The translations under genes were made by a program, and so were the position numbers. Under the pieces are notes generated by a model. That model had not been told where the DNA came from. It saw only the letters and a program-made list of their open reading frames with translations, and made no database searches. Positions 32,077 through 43,944 of a stretch of 64,000 nucleotides of DNA are shown in pieces. How positions within the stretch are numbered: position 1 is the first letter of the stretch; each line of letters starts with the position of its first letter. The stretch lies in sequence record OL770073.2; one strand, 5' to 3'. Source of the DNA: Escherichia phage vB_EcoM-RPN226.

Positions 32077-32796
32077 ATATGATTCCCAACAATCTAGAGC
32101 ACATCTTTTAGATATAAGTTTTCTGCTTATTCCGGTTTGACGCACAGCTTCTGCTATTGTTGGATATTCTACCCCATCTATACTTACTCTTAGATGGGGT
32201 TTCTTTTTACCTCTTTGTGAGTCAGAAATTCGTTTTCTAACTTCATTGGTATGTGTCTGTCCATAATATGGATTATTGATGCCTTTCATATTAAGTGCAG
32301 CGTTTCTTTCTTGGAACTTTTTGCTTATTTCTATAGCACGATCTAACCCATAGTGTTCTTCTATAGTTTTACCTTTAATATCTTTAGGTCTACCATGTTT
32401 TTGCTTAAGTTCTTCTGGTGATAATTTTGAATTATTATTTTTAATTGCATTTGAAATTTTATTAAGGATTTCTTGCTTTCTTGGGTGATGAGATAAGGTA
32501 TCCCCAAACGATGCGTCTGCTATATTATACCCATTTTCCTTTGAGTCATATTCATGTATCCAATAATTTTCACGTTCAATAATGATAGATTTTTCGTATG
32601 GAAGTTCTTCTATGATTTTACATACGAAAGCATCTTTCCCATGCTTATTATAAGAACGTTGCAGCTTTATTGAATGATGATTTCCATTATCTAAATCTTT
32701 GAAGTGTCGTTTCCATCGTTCTTCAAAATTAATTGCACTTCCTATATAGTGCTTATTGGTTTTAGTGTTTATAATAGCATATATTCCAGATTTCAT
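32065..32796 (-). CDS. free-standing GIY-YIG homing endonuclease, I-TevI paralog
   Basis: 243 aa; first ~110 residues closely parallel I-TevI ([38 protein letters not shown]...[12 protein letters not shown]); minus-strand TATAAATA plus AGGAG RBS upstream. Confidence 0.85.
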   Translation of the reverse strand: MKSGIYAIINTKTNKHYIGSAINFEERWKRHFKDLDNGNHHSIKLQRSYNKHGKDAFVCKIIEELPYEKSIIIERENYWIHEYDSKENGYNIADASFGDTLSHHPRKQEILNKISNAIKNNNSKLSPEELKQKHGRPKDIKGKTIEEHYGLDRAIEISKKFQERNAALNMKGINNPYYGQTHTNEVRKRISDSQRGKKKPHLRVSIDGVEYPTIAEAVRQTGISRKLISKRCALDCWESYLYC

Positions 32797-32818
32797 TATA
32801 TTCTCCTATATAAAATTA

Positions 32819-32826
32819 TATTTATA
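32819..32826 (-). promoter_or_regulatory. T4 late promoter (TATAAATA) for the antisense GIY-YIG gene
   Basis: minus strand reads CCCATATAAATATAATTTTATATAGGAGAATATA-ATG. Confidence 0.6.
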
Positions 32827-32851
32827 TGGGGTAACTTACTACAGAGGACTT

Positions 32852-34285
32852 ATGCAATTAATTAATGTTATCAAAAGTAGTGGTGTTTCTCAGAGCTTTG
32901 ACCCGCAAAAAATTATTAAAGTTTTATCTTGGGCAGCTGAAGGAACATCTGTAGATCCTTATGAATTATATGAAAATATTAAATCATATCTCCGTGATGG
33001 AATGACAACTGATGACATTCAGACTATTGTCATTAAGGCTGCTGCGAATTCTATTTCAGTTGAAGAGCCTGATTATCAATATGTAGCTGCACGCTGTTTA
33101 ATGTTCGCTCTTCGTAAGCATGTTTACGGGCAATATGAGCCCCGTTCATTTATTGACCATATTTCTTACTGTGTAAATGAAGGTAAATATGACCCTGAAC
33201 TGCTGTCAAAATATTCAGCAGAAGAAATTACATTTTTAGAATCAAAAATTAAGCACGAGCGGGATATGGAATTTACTTATTCCGGGGCGATGCAATTAAA
33301 AGAAAAATATCTCGTTAAAGATAAAACCACTGGTCAAATTTATGAAACTCCGCAGTTTGCATTTATGACTATTGGAATGGCATTGCATCAAGATGAACCT
33401 GTTGACAGATTAAAACATGTTATTCGTTTTTATGAAGCAGTATCTACTCGACAGATTTCACTGCCAACTCCTATTATGGCTGGATGTCGTACTCCAACTC
33501 GACAGTTTAGTTCATGCGTTGTTATTGAAGCAGGTGATTCGCTGAAGTCTATCAATAAGGCTTCTGCTTCAATTGTTGAGTATATTTCTAAACGAGCTGG
33601 AATTGGTATTAACGTTGGTATGATTCGTGCCGAAGGTTCTAAGATTGGCACAGGTGAAGTGCGTCATACTGGTGTTATTCCTTTTTGGAAACATTTTCAG
33701 ACTGCTGTTAAATCATGTTCACAGGGCGGAATTCGTGGCGGCGCTGCTACTGCTTATTATCCTATTTGGCATTTGGAAGTTGAAAATCTTCTCGTTTTGA
33801 AAAATAACAAAGGCGTAGAAGAAAACCGTATCCGTCATATGGATTATGGTGTTCAGCTGAATGACCTAATGATGGAACGATTCGGAAAGAACGATTACAT
33901 TACTTTGTTTAGTCCGCATGAAATGGGTGGCGAACTTTATTATTCTTATTTTAAAGACCAAGACCGCTTCCGTGAATTGTACGAAGCTGCAGAAAAAGAC
34001 CCTAATATTCGTAAAAAGCGTATTAAAGCGCGTGAACTGTTTGAACTACTCATGACTGAACGATCAGGAACAGCGAGGATTTATGTACAGTTCATTGATA
34101 ATACGAATAACTATACTCCATTTATTCGTGAAAAGGCACCTATTCGTCAGAGTAACTTGTGCTGTGAAATTGCTATTCCAACAAATGATGTGAATAGCCA
34201 ACAAACCCGTTTAATCAAAATTAAGAAGTCGGATGTAGCTAAGTTTTATGAAGTTAATCCTGGCGGTATAATTCAAAGCAAATAA
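32852..34285 (+). CDS. nrdA: ribonucleotide reductase alpha subunit, N-terminal fragment (NrdA-a)
   Basis: 477 aa from MQLINVIKSSG...; NrdA similarity through ...IRQSNLCCEIAIPTNDVNS, then 27 unrelated residues and a stop. Confidence 0.8.
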   Translation: MQLINVIKSSGVSQSFDPQKIIKVLSWAAEGTSVDPYELYENIKSYLRDGMTTDDIQTIVIKAAANSISVEEPDYQYVAARCLMFALRKHVYGQYEPRSFIDHISYCVNEGKYDPELLSKYSAEEITFLESKIKHERDMEFTYSGAMQLKEKYLVKDKTTGQIYETPQFAFMTIGMALHQDEPVDRLKHVIRFYEAVSTRQISLPTPIMAGCRTPTRQFSSCVVIEAGDSLKSINKASASIVEYISKRAGIGINVGMIRAEGSKIGTGEVRHTGVIPFWKHFQTAVKSCSQGGIRGGAATAYYPIWHLEVENLLVLKNNKGVEENRIRHMDYGVQLNDLMMERFGKNDYITLFSPHEMGGELYYSYFKDQDRFRELYEAAEKDPNIRKKRIKARELFELLMTERSGTARIYVQFIDNTNNYTPFIREKAPIRQSNLCCEIAIPTNDVNSQQTRLIKIKKSDVAKFYEVNPGGIIQSK

Positions 34286-34330
34286 AGTACACAGACCGTT
34301 AATAAATAATCCATAACAAGAGGAAAAGTT

Positions 34331-35041
34331 ATGGATTATTCTAAAATTTACAATAACCTTATTTCTAAAGCTAAGAACAGAAAATTAGATTGCTATACCG
34401 AATCACACCATATTATACCTCTGTGTATTGGTGGTTCTGATACAAAGGAAAACCTGGCAGATTTGACACCCGAAGAGCATTATATAGCTCATCAATTATT
34501 AGTAAAGATATATCCAGATAATCATAAATTGGTATTTGCCGCTAATATGATGTGTGTGTATTCTGAAGATAATATTGAACGAAAGAACACCAATAAACGC
34601 CATGGGTGGCTTAGAAGAAAATTGGCTATTTCTGTATCTGAAAATAATAAAGGCAAACCAGCTTGGAACAAAGGTATTCCGGTAACTGACGAGCATAGAG
34701 AAAAACTTCAAACAACTTGGGTATTTACTTTCCCGGACGGTCATGAAGAAATCCATAAAGGCCTAAGAGAATTTTGCGAACTACATTCACTCAATGCTTC
34801 GGCAATGTCGGCCGTATGCAAAGGCAAAAGGTCTCAACATAAAGGCTTTAAGTGTCGAAAGTTTGATAATATCTCTGAAAACGATAATCAAGAATACGTC
34901 AGTAAACCTCATCCAAAGGGATTAAAACCCCATAACTTAATTGCTGTAAAAATAAACGGTATAGAATATCAATCAATACATCGAGCATCTAAAGCTCTAG
35001 GAATATCTCGAAAAAAGGTAGAAGAATTAAATGAATATTGA
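34331..35041 (+). CDS. HNH homing endonuclease (Mob-like) inserted within nrdA
   Basis: 236 aa; HNH motif ...YTESHHIIPLCIGGSDTKENLADLTPEEHYIAHQLL; own RBS AAGAGGAAAA; AATAAATA late-promoter-like motif upstream. Confidence 0.8.
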   Translation: MDYSKIYNNLISKAKNRKLDCYTESHHIIPLCIGGSDTKENLADLTPEEHYIAHQLLVKIYPDNHKLVFAANMMCVYSEDNIERKNTNKRHGWLRRKLAISVSENNKGKPAWNKGIPVTDEHREKLQTTWVFTFPDGHEEIHKGLREFCELHSLNASAMSAVCKGKRSQHKGFKCRKFDNISENDNQEYVSKPHPKGLKPHNLIAVKINGIEYQSIHRASKALGISRKKVEELNEY

Positions 35042-36020
35042 TTATGAATTTGTAGATGAATTTTACGAAGATGATGAGTATACAACAATACAAGTTATTG
35101 AAAACAAAGGTGAAGTGGGCCTTTGTACCCTTAGCGCATTTGTGCTGGATAACTTCGATTGGCAAGACCAAGATAAAATCAACGAATTAGCAGAAGTTCA
35201 AGTTCGTGCTCTTGATAATCTTTTGGATTACCAAGGATATCCAGTTCCTGAAGCAGAAAAAGCTAAAAAGCGTCGAAACCTTGGCGTAGGTGTTACTAAC
35301 TATGCAGCTTGGCTGGCAAGTAACTTTGCTTCTTATGAAGATGCTAACGATTTAACACATGAACTATTTGAGAGATTACAGTATGGACTCATTAAAGCAT
35401 CCATTAAGCTCGCCAAAGAAAAAGGACCTTGCGAATATTATTCAGACACTCGTTGGTCTCGAGGCGAATTACCTATCGACTGGTACAATAAAAAGATTGA
35501 CCAAATCGCAGCTCCAAAATACGTTTGTGACTGGTCGTCGCTGCGGGAAGACCTTAAGCTCTTTGGCATCCGTAATAGCACATTATCAGCACTTATGCCA
35601 TGTGAGTCATCTTCCCAAGTTTCTAACAGTACAAACGGTATCGAGCCTCCACGTGGACCAGTCTCTGTTAAAGAATCAAAAGAGGGTTCCTTTAATCAAG
35701 TCGTGCCCAATATTGAGCATAACATAGACCTCTATGATTATACGTGGAAATTAGCTAAGAAAGGTAATAAACCTTATCTTACGCAGGTAGCTATTATGCT
35801 GAAATGGGTATGTCAATCAGCTTCAGCGAATACATATTATGACCCGCAGATTTTTCCAAAAGGAAAGGTTCCAATGTCTGTAATGATTGATGACATGCTA
35901 TACGGATGGTATTATGGCATTAAAAACTTCTATTATCATAATACCCGCGATGGTTCTGGTACTGATGATTATGAAATAGAAACTCCAAAAGCTGAAGATT
36001 GTTCATCCTGTAAATTATGA
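35031..36020 (+). CDS. nrdA: ribonucleotide reductase alpha subunit, C-terminal fragment (NrdA-b)
   Basis: 329 aa; own ATG and AAGG RBS inside the HNH 3' end; 26-aa acidic leader then ...GEVGLCTLSAF... to C-terminal ...CSSCKL. Confidence 0.8.
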   Translation: MNIDYEFVDEFYEDDEYTTIQVIENKGEVGLCTLSAFVLDNFDWQDQDKINELAEVQVRALDNLLDYQGYPVPEAEKAKKRRNLGVGVTNYAAWLASNFASYEDANDLTHELFERLQYGLIKASIKLAKEKGPCEYYSDTRWSRGELPIDWYNKKIDQIAAPKYVCDWSSLREDLKLFGIRNSTLSALMPCESSSQVSNSTNGIEPPRGPVSVKESKEGSFNQVVPNIEHNIDLYDYTWKLAKKGNKPYLTQVAIMLKWVCQSASANTYYDPQIFPKGKVPMSVMIDDMLYGWYYGIKNFYYHNTRDGSGTDDYEIETPKAEDCSSCKL

Positions 36021-36071
36021 TATAATTTGACTCACGGACGAGTCACTATCTATTAACTAAGCGGAAAATTT

Positions 36072-37250
36072 ATGAGCACAGTTTTTAATACAAATCCAGT
36101 TGATGTTTTAAAAGAACCTATGTTCTTCGGTTCAGGTCTTGGTATTGCGCGTTATGATATTCAACGCCATAAAGTTTTTGAAGATTTAACCGAAAAGCAA
36201 TTATCATTTTTCTGGCGTCCTGAAGAAGTAAACTTGATGATGGATGCTGCACAATTTAACAAGCTTCCTCAGTATCAGCAAGATATTTTTACTAATAACC
36301 TGAAATATCAATCACTTCTGGATAGTATCCAGGGTCGTGCACCGTCTGCTGTACTTATGTCATTAATTTCAGACCCAAGTCTTGATACATGGGTTGCTAC
36401 ATGGACTTTTAGTGAAACTATTCACAGTCGTTCATATACTCATATCATGCGAAATCTTTATACTGATCCATCGAAGGTATTTGATGAGATTGTACTAGAT
36501 GAAGCTATCATGAAACGTGCTGAATCTATCGGTCGCTATTATGATGATGTTCTGACTAAAACCCGTGAATGGGAAAATGCTAAAGAATTTACAGAACTAG
36601 CTAAAGAATCTCCTGATGCTGTTTTTCGTTTAAATCGAGCTATTAAACAAGAAGCCGAAGCTAAACGAGCACTAATGAAATCTCTTTACCTCTGCCTGCA
36701 CGTAATCAACGCATTGGAAGCTATTCGTTTTTATGTATCTTTCGCATGCACCTTTAACTTCCATAAGAACATGGAAATCATGGAAGGTAATGCCAAGATT
36801 ATGAAGTTCATTGCACGTGATGAGCAGCTTCACCTTAAAGGCACCCAATATATTATTCGTCAACTTCAACTTGGCACTGATGGTGATGAATGGGTTAAAA
36901 TCGCCCAAGAGTGTGAACAAGAAGCAGTTGATATTTTCATGGAAGTTAATCGCCAAGAAAAAGATTGGGCAGTTCATTTATTTAAAGATGGCGATGTTCC
37001 TGGATTAAATACAAATAGCATGTGGAGCTTTATTGATTACTTAACTGTATCTCGTATGAAACAGTGCGGTCTTCCATGCCCAATTACTGATGCTCCGGTT
37101 AAACATCCGTATCCTTGGATTCGTGAATATCTTAATTCTGATAATGTTCAATCCGCGCCACAAGAAGTAGAACTGTCATCTTACCTTGTAGCACAGATTG
37201 ATAATGATGTTGATGATAAAGTTATGATGAGTTTTAAAAAATATTTTTAA
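36072..37250 (+). CDS. nrdB: ribonucleotide reductase beta subunit, intronless
   Basis: 392-aa continuous ORF with R2 ferritin-like fold. Confidence 0.9.
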   Translation: MSTVFNTNPVDVLKEPMFFGSGLGIARYDIQRHKVFEDLTEKQLSFFWRPEEVNLMMDAAQFNKLPQYQQDIFTNNLKYQSLLDSIQGRAPSAVLMSLISDPSLDTWVATWTFSETIHSRSYTHIMRNLYTDPSKVFDEIVLDEAIMKRAESIGRYYDDVLTKTREWENAKEFTELAKESPDAVFRLNRAIKQEAEAKRALMKSLYLCLHVINALEAIRFYVSFACTFNFHKNMEIMEGNAKIMKFIARDEQLHLKGTQYIIRQLQLGTDGDEWVKIAQECEQEAVDIFMEVNRQEKDWAVHLFKDGDVPGLNTNSMWSFIDYLTVSRMKQCGLPCPITDAPVKHPYPWIREYLNSDNVQSAPQEVELSSYLVAQIDNDVDDKVMMSFKKYF

Positions 37251-37277
37251 GGAGTGGGCCGCAAGGCCCATTTTATT

Positions 37278-38865
<1,588 letters not shown>

Positions 38866-38869
38866 GCTG

Positions 38870-38898
38870 TTTACAAGTCCCTCGTGTTGTGTTATAGT
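38870..38898 (+). promoter_or_regulatory. sigma70-type promoter within repeated cassette, copy 1
   Basis: TTTACA, 17-bp spacer, TATAGT; a 55-bp segment nearly identical to 50967-51021. Confidence 0.55.
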
Positions 38899-38926
38899 AG
38901 ACTTACTGACATAACATGAGGACTTT

Positions 38927-39433
38927 ATGATGGATTTACAGCTTATTACTACTGAAATGGTCGTTGAAGCATACGGTGATACCACGGATGGGATTTCTGT
39001 ATTTAAAGGAAATCGTCGAGTTGGATATATCACCGATCTTAAGAAAGATTTAGCTAAGCAAGTCAAGCGGAAAACGACCATTAAAGAATATCGAAATCGT
39101 CGTCTTGAGCAAGCCCGTGATATGCTTCCTGATGCGGTTGAAGAGATGAAAGTCTTTTTAGAAAATCAACTCGCTAAGTATGATTGTGAAGTATTCATTA
39201 ATCAGACTCAACCCAATGTTCATATCAATAGCTGCAAATGCTATATCATCGTTAATCCTTTAACGGGAAAACATCGTCTTGGAATTAGTAATCCAAATCG
39301 TAGCGCATCAGATATGGCAGAAGATGTTGAGACATGCTTTAAAATTTCTAAATCTCCAGCTGAACATCACATTTTAATTAACGGTCTTTCTCAAGACGAT
39401 ATTATAGAGGTTATTAAAACTTTATGCATGTAA
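38927..39433 (+). CDS. alc: probable Alc (blocks elongation on cytosine-containing DNA)
   Basis: 168 aa at the syntenic position after rnlA. Confidence 0.65.
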   Translation: MMDLQLITTEMVVEAYGDTTDGISVFKGNRRVGYITDLKKDLAKQVKRKTTIKEYRNRRLEQARDMLPDAVEEMKVFLENQLAKYDCEVFINQTQPNVHINSCKCYIIVNPLTGKHRLGISNPNRSASDMAEDVETCFKISKSPAEHHILINGLSQDDIIEVIKTLCM

Positions 39434-39777
39434 GTAATTTTACAGCTGGATTGCTATTACTTGTAATAGCATTCGGCGGAACATCTATTATTTTAAAAAA
39501 TAAGGTAGAAAGATTAGAAACATCGGTTACTGAAATTACAAAAACGGCCAATGAAAACGCTTTAGCATTAAATAATTTGCGAATTCAGTATAATTATATT
39601 GATGCGATGAATAATAAAAATCGTGAGGCAATTGCTGCTATTGAGCGTGAAAATGAAAAACTGCGCAAAGATGCAAAGAAGGCGGATGTGGTGGCTCATA
39701 AGCCAGGATTGGTTGAAAAACAAATCAACAACTCCTTCAACAAGTTCGCAGAAGACATCCAGGACCTTTCTAAATGA
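39424..39777 (+). CDS. inner-membrane spanin (pseT.3 position)
   Basis: 117 aa; N-terminal transmembrane helix then coiled-coil periplasmic domain. Confidence 0.6.
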   Translation: MHVSNFTAGLLLLVIAFGGTSIILKNKVERLETSVTEITKTANENALALNNLRIQYNYIDAMNNKNREAIAAIERENEKLRKDAKKADVVAHKPGLVEKQINNSFNKFAEDIQDLSK

Positions 39778-40073
39778 TTAAACTATCAGCAGTAATATTA
39801 TCTATTGGTCTTCTAGTTGGTTGTTCGACAAAGCCTCTAGAAGTAAAGAAAGAAACAGTTCATCCTAATTGGCCAGTACAAATAAAGTCATACGATGAAG
39901 CTAAACTATCTTGGCAGGTTAAAGTTATTGATGGTAAAGCTTGGGTCGGTATGCCATTCGAAGATTCCCAGGAATTTCGTATTTGGCTTAATGATGTAAA
40001 ACGATATGTACATGATCAAAAAACTATGATATGTTATTATCGTCAAGAGCTAAAAGAGGATAAATGTAAATGA
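39774..40073 (+). CDS. outer-membrane lipoprotein spanin (pseT.2 position)
   Basis: 99 aa; signal peptide with lipobox LLVGC; ATGA overlap with the upstream partner. Confidence 0.6.
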   Translation: MIKLSAVILSIGLLVGCSTKPLEVKKETVHPNWPVQIKSYDEAKLSWQVKVIDGKAWVGMPFEDSQEFRIWLNDVKRYVHDQKTMICYYRQELKEDKCK

Positions 40074-40296
40074 TTTCATGGCATCAATTTGAACATCTCA
40101 AAGGATTGATTTATGAATCCGAGATGGCTGCAATGATTTATGGACGCCAGATTCAACGATTAGAATCTTTACCTCCAACTAATGATGTTTTATTAGCTCA
40201 ATCACGTGCTAATCTTAAAAATGAATACCAAAATAAGTGGGGTAAAGCATCTAAAGACCTGCATGATTATATTCAATCATTGGTTGAGAAAAATAA

Positions 40297-40300
<4 letters not shown>
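40070..40300 (+). CDS. hypothetical protein
   Basis: 76-aa ORF. Confidence 0.45.
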
Positions 40301-41518
<1,218 letters not shown>

Positions 41519-41519
<1 letters not shown>

Positions 41520-41716
41520 TGGCTTGGCATCATGAAACTTGGTCTATTGTTATTGTAAATAGTGGTTTAGTTGGTACTAGTAATGGGCAATTTTGTGTAT
41601 TCACTAGTGAAATCAGAGCTTGGGAGGAATGCCTTAAATTAAGAGAAAAGAATCCTGATGTTGAACTAACAGTAAAGAAAACTAAACTGCCTTTACCATG
41701 GAAAACTTATGAATAA
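41519..41716 (+). CDS. hypothetical protein
   Basis: 65-aa ORF. Confidence 0.4.
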
Positions 41717-41909
41717 CATAGAAAAGATTTATCAACTTTGCGATAAAATTGAAAAAGAAAAGAAATATCTATTTTGTTTATGGCCTATTGTTGATGGAAG
41801 AATAGACTTAGATATTCTTGATTATGAAACAGAAGACATAGTAGATGGTTCAACTTTTGATAATGCGTTGGATGTTATTAATTGGCTTGAAGAAAATTAT
41901 GTGGGGTGA
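41709..41909 (+). CDS. hypothetical protein
   Basis: 66-aa ORF. Confidence 0.4.
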   Translation: MNNIEKIYQLCDKIEKEKKYLFCLWPIVDGRIDLDILDYETEDIVDGSTFDNALDVINWLEENYVG

Positions 41910-42187
41910 ATATGTTTCCGACTTATTCTAAAATCGTAGAAGTAGTGTTTAGTCAAATTATCGCTAATAATATGTTTGAAAAGCTTGATAACGCAGCCGA
42001 GCTTCGAATTCATGCTCAAGTGACTCATGTATTGAACACTTTGCTTCCAGACCAGGTGGATTCTATTGCAATTACGCTGTATCCGGGTTCCGCGCATATC
42101 ATTGTCGTATTTGGTCTTGATGCTGAGCTAGTCATCAAAGGCGATATTCGCTTTAAATCACAGACATCAGAATTCAAAGCAATTTAA
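41906..42187 (+). CDS. hypothetical protein
   Basis: 93-aa ORF. Confidence 0.45.
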   Translation: MNMFPTYSKIVEVVFSQIIANNMFEKLDNAAELRIHAQVTHVLNTLLPDQVDSIAITLYPGSAHIIVVFGLDAELVIKGDIRFKSQTSEFKAI

Positions 42188-42249
42188 TGGTTTACTTTAT
42201 GGTAGAGTTGTGATATTATAGCTCTACCAAAACAAATGAGGAAAACAAA

Positions 42250-42486
42250 ATGCTAAGTGAAAAACCAATTACTGTTAAAGAATTCCAAGAAAAAGTTAAA
42301 CTATTTGCTCAGGAATTGGTAAATAAGGTTTCTGAACGATTTCCAGAAACATCGGTTCGTGTTATTACCGAAACTCCTCGTTCAGTATTAGTAATTGTGA
42401 ATCCAGGTGATGGTGACCAAATAACACATCTCAAATTGGATTTTGATGGATTAGTTGAAGCACAAAGGGTGTATGGCGTACTATGA
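42250..42486 (+). CDS. hypothetical protein
   Basis: 78-aa ORF with GAGGAAA RBS. Confidence 0.45.
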   Translation: MLSEKPITVKEFQEKVKLFAQELVNKVSERFPETSVRVITETPRSVLVIVNPGDGDQITHLKLDFDGLVEAQRVYGVL

Positions 42487-42821
42487 TGAATTTAACTGAT
42501 ATAATTGATAATTGTCTTGAAAATGATACTGGCGATCATAGAGCGCTTGATTCTGAAACAGCACAGTTCATTAGAATAACTTTAATGAATGATACTCTAG
42601 TGAATAGTATTCATCCTTCTGTGTATGATGCTATTATTGTGACGAAGTACCCAGTTGAGCTTCACAAAAAGATGGTTGGCGCAATTTTTATTGATAAGAA
42701 AAACCGCTTTAAAGATGGGCAGAATATAATTAGTTCTGTTATTAAAAGTATAACTAAACTTCGTCACGAAATTTATCGTGTTGAAACTGCTAAATCTGCT
42801 TATTTGGTGATTATGAAATGA
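42483..42821 (+). CDS. hypothetical protein
   Basis: 112-aa ORF. Confidence 0.45.
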   Translation: MMNLTDIIDNCLENDTGDHRALDSETAQFIRITLMNDTLVNSIHPSVYDAIIVTKYPVELHKKMVGAIFIDKKNRFKDGQNIISSVIKSITKLRHEIYRVETAKSAYLVIMK

Positions 42822-43399
42822 AAGCGAGTACAGTACTTCAAATTGCATATTTAGTATCACAAGAATCAAAATGTTGCTCCTGGAAGGTAGGAGCAGTAAT
42901 TGAAAAGAATGGACGTATTATTTCTACTGGATATAATGGTTCACCTGCAGGTGGTGTGAACTGCTGTGATTATGCTGCTGAGCAAGGTTGGTTGCTGAAT
43001 AAGCCTAAACATACTATCATTCAAGGTCATAAGCCTGAATGTGTATCGTTTGGTTCAACTGATCGTTTTGTCTTGGCGAAAGAACACCGTAGCGCTCACT
43101 CTGAATGGTCGTCTAAAAATGAAATTCATGCTGAACTAAATGCGATTTTGTTTGCTGCACGAAACGGTTCTTCAATTGAAGGTGCTACTATGTATGTAAC
43201 ACTTTCTCCTTGCCCAGATTGTGCAAAAGCGATAGCTCAATCTGGTATTAAAAAGCTGGTTTATTGCGAAACATACGATAAAAATAAACCTGGCTGGGAT
43301 GATATTCTGCGAAATGCAGGTATTGAAGTGTTTAATGTTCCTAAGAAAAACTTGAATAAGTTAAATTGGGAAAATATCAACGAATTCTGTGGTGAATAA
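42818..43399 (+). CDS. cd: dCMP deaminase
   Basis: 193 aa; zinc-binding motifs HAELNAI and PCPDCA. Confidence 0.9.
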   Translation: MKASTVLQIAYLVSQESKCCSWKVGAVIEKNGRIISTGYNGSPAGGVNCCDYAAEQGWLLNKPKHTIIQGHKPECVSFGSTDRFVLAKEHRSAHSEWSSKNEIHAELNAILFAARNGSSIEGATMYVTLSPCPDCAKAIAQSGIKKLVYCETYDKNKPGWDDILRNAGIEVFNVPKKNLNKLNWENINEFCGE

Positions 43400-43635
43400 T
43401 GAAATTTCGTTTGGTACAGCTCACAGCAATTAGTTCTTATTCTAACGAGAACATTTCATTTGCTGTAGAGTATAAGAAGTATTTTTTCTCTAAATGGAAG
43501 CAGTATTATAAGTCAAACTGGGTTTGTATTGATAGACCGTATAGTTGGAAATCTGATTTAGAAAAATGCCAAAAATTGCTTTCCACTCTTAAAGAACGTG
43601 GAACAACTCATATTAAAACTGTGATAGGTAAATAA
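43399..43635 (+). CDS. hypothetical protein
   Basis: 78-aa ORF. Confidence 0.45.
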   Translation: MKFRLVQLTAISSYSNENISFAVEYKKYFFSKWKQYYKSNWVCIDRPYSWKSDLEKCQKLLSTLKERGTTHIKTVIGK

Positions 43636-43944
43636 ATGAAACTGACGACTGAACAAAAAGTAGCAATTCGTGAAATTTTGAAAACTAAATTGTCCATGGG
43701 TATTTCAAATGTAGTTTTTGAAAAGTCTGATGGTACTATTCGTACTATGAAAGGCACTCGTGATGCAGACTTTATGCCAACCATGCAAACTGGTAAATTG
43801 ACTGAATCTGCTCGGAAAGAATCTACTGATATGGTTCCAGTATTTGATGTTGAGCTTGGCATGTGGCGAGGTTTTTCTATTGACAAATTGATTTCCGTTA
43901 ATGGTATGAAAGTTGAGCATTTGCTTCAATTTATTGGTAAATAA
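43636..43944 (+). CDS. hypothetical protein
   Basis: 102-aa ORF. Confidence 0.45.
   Translation: MKLTTEQKVAIREILKTKLSMGISNVVFEKSDGTIRTMKGTRDADFMPTMQTGKLTESARKESTDMVPVFDVELGMWRGFSIDKLISVNGMKVEHLLQFIGK

Noticed and set aside
34286-35041. Possibility that the nrdA interruption is a group I intron with an HNH ORF (like T4 nrdB/I-TevIII) or an intein
   Set aside because: Only ~45 nt of non-ORF sequence precedes the HNH gene and none follows it, which is too little for a P1-P9 core. The downstream nrdA piece has its own ATG and RBS in a different frame. In-frame stops separate nrdA-a from the HNH ORF, ruling out an intein. This was not confirmed by covariance-model search, so a highly reduced intron cannot be fully excluded.
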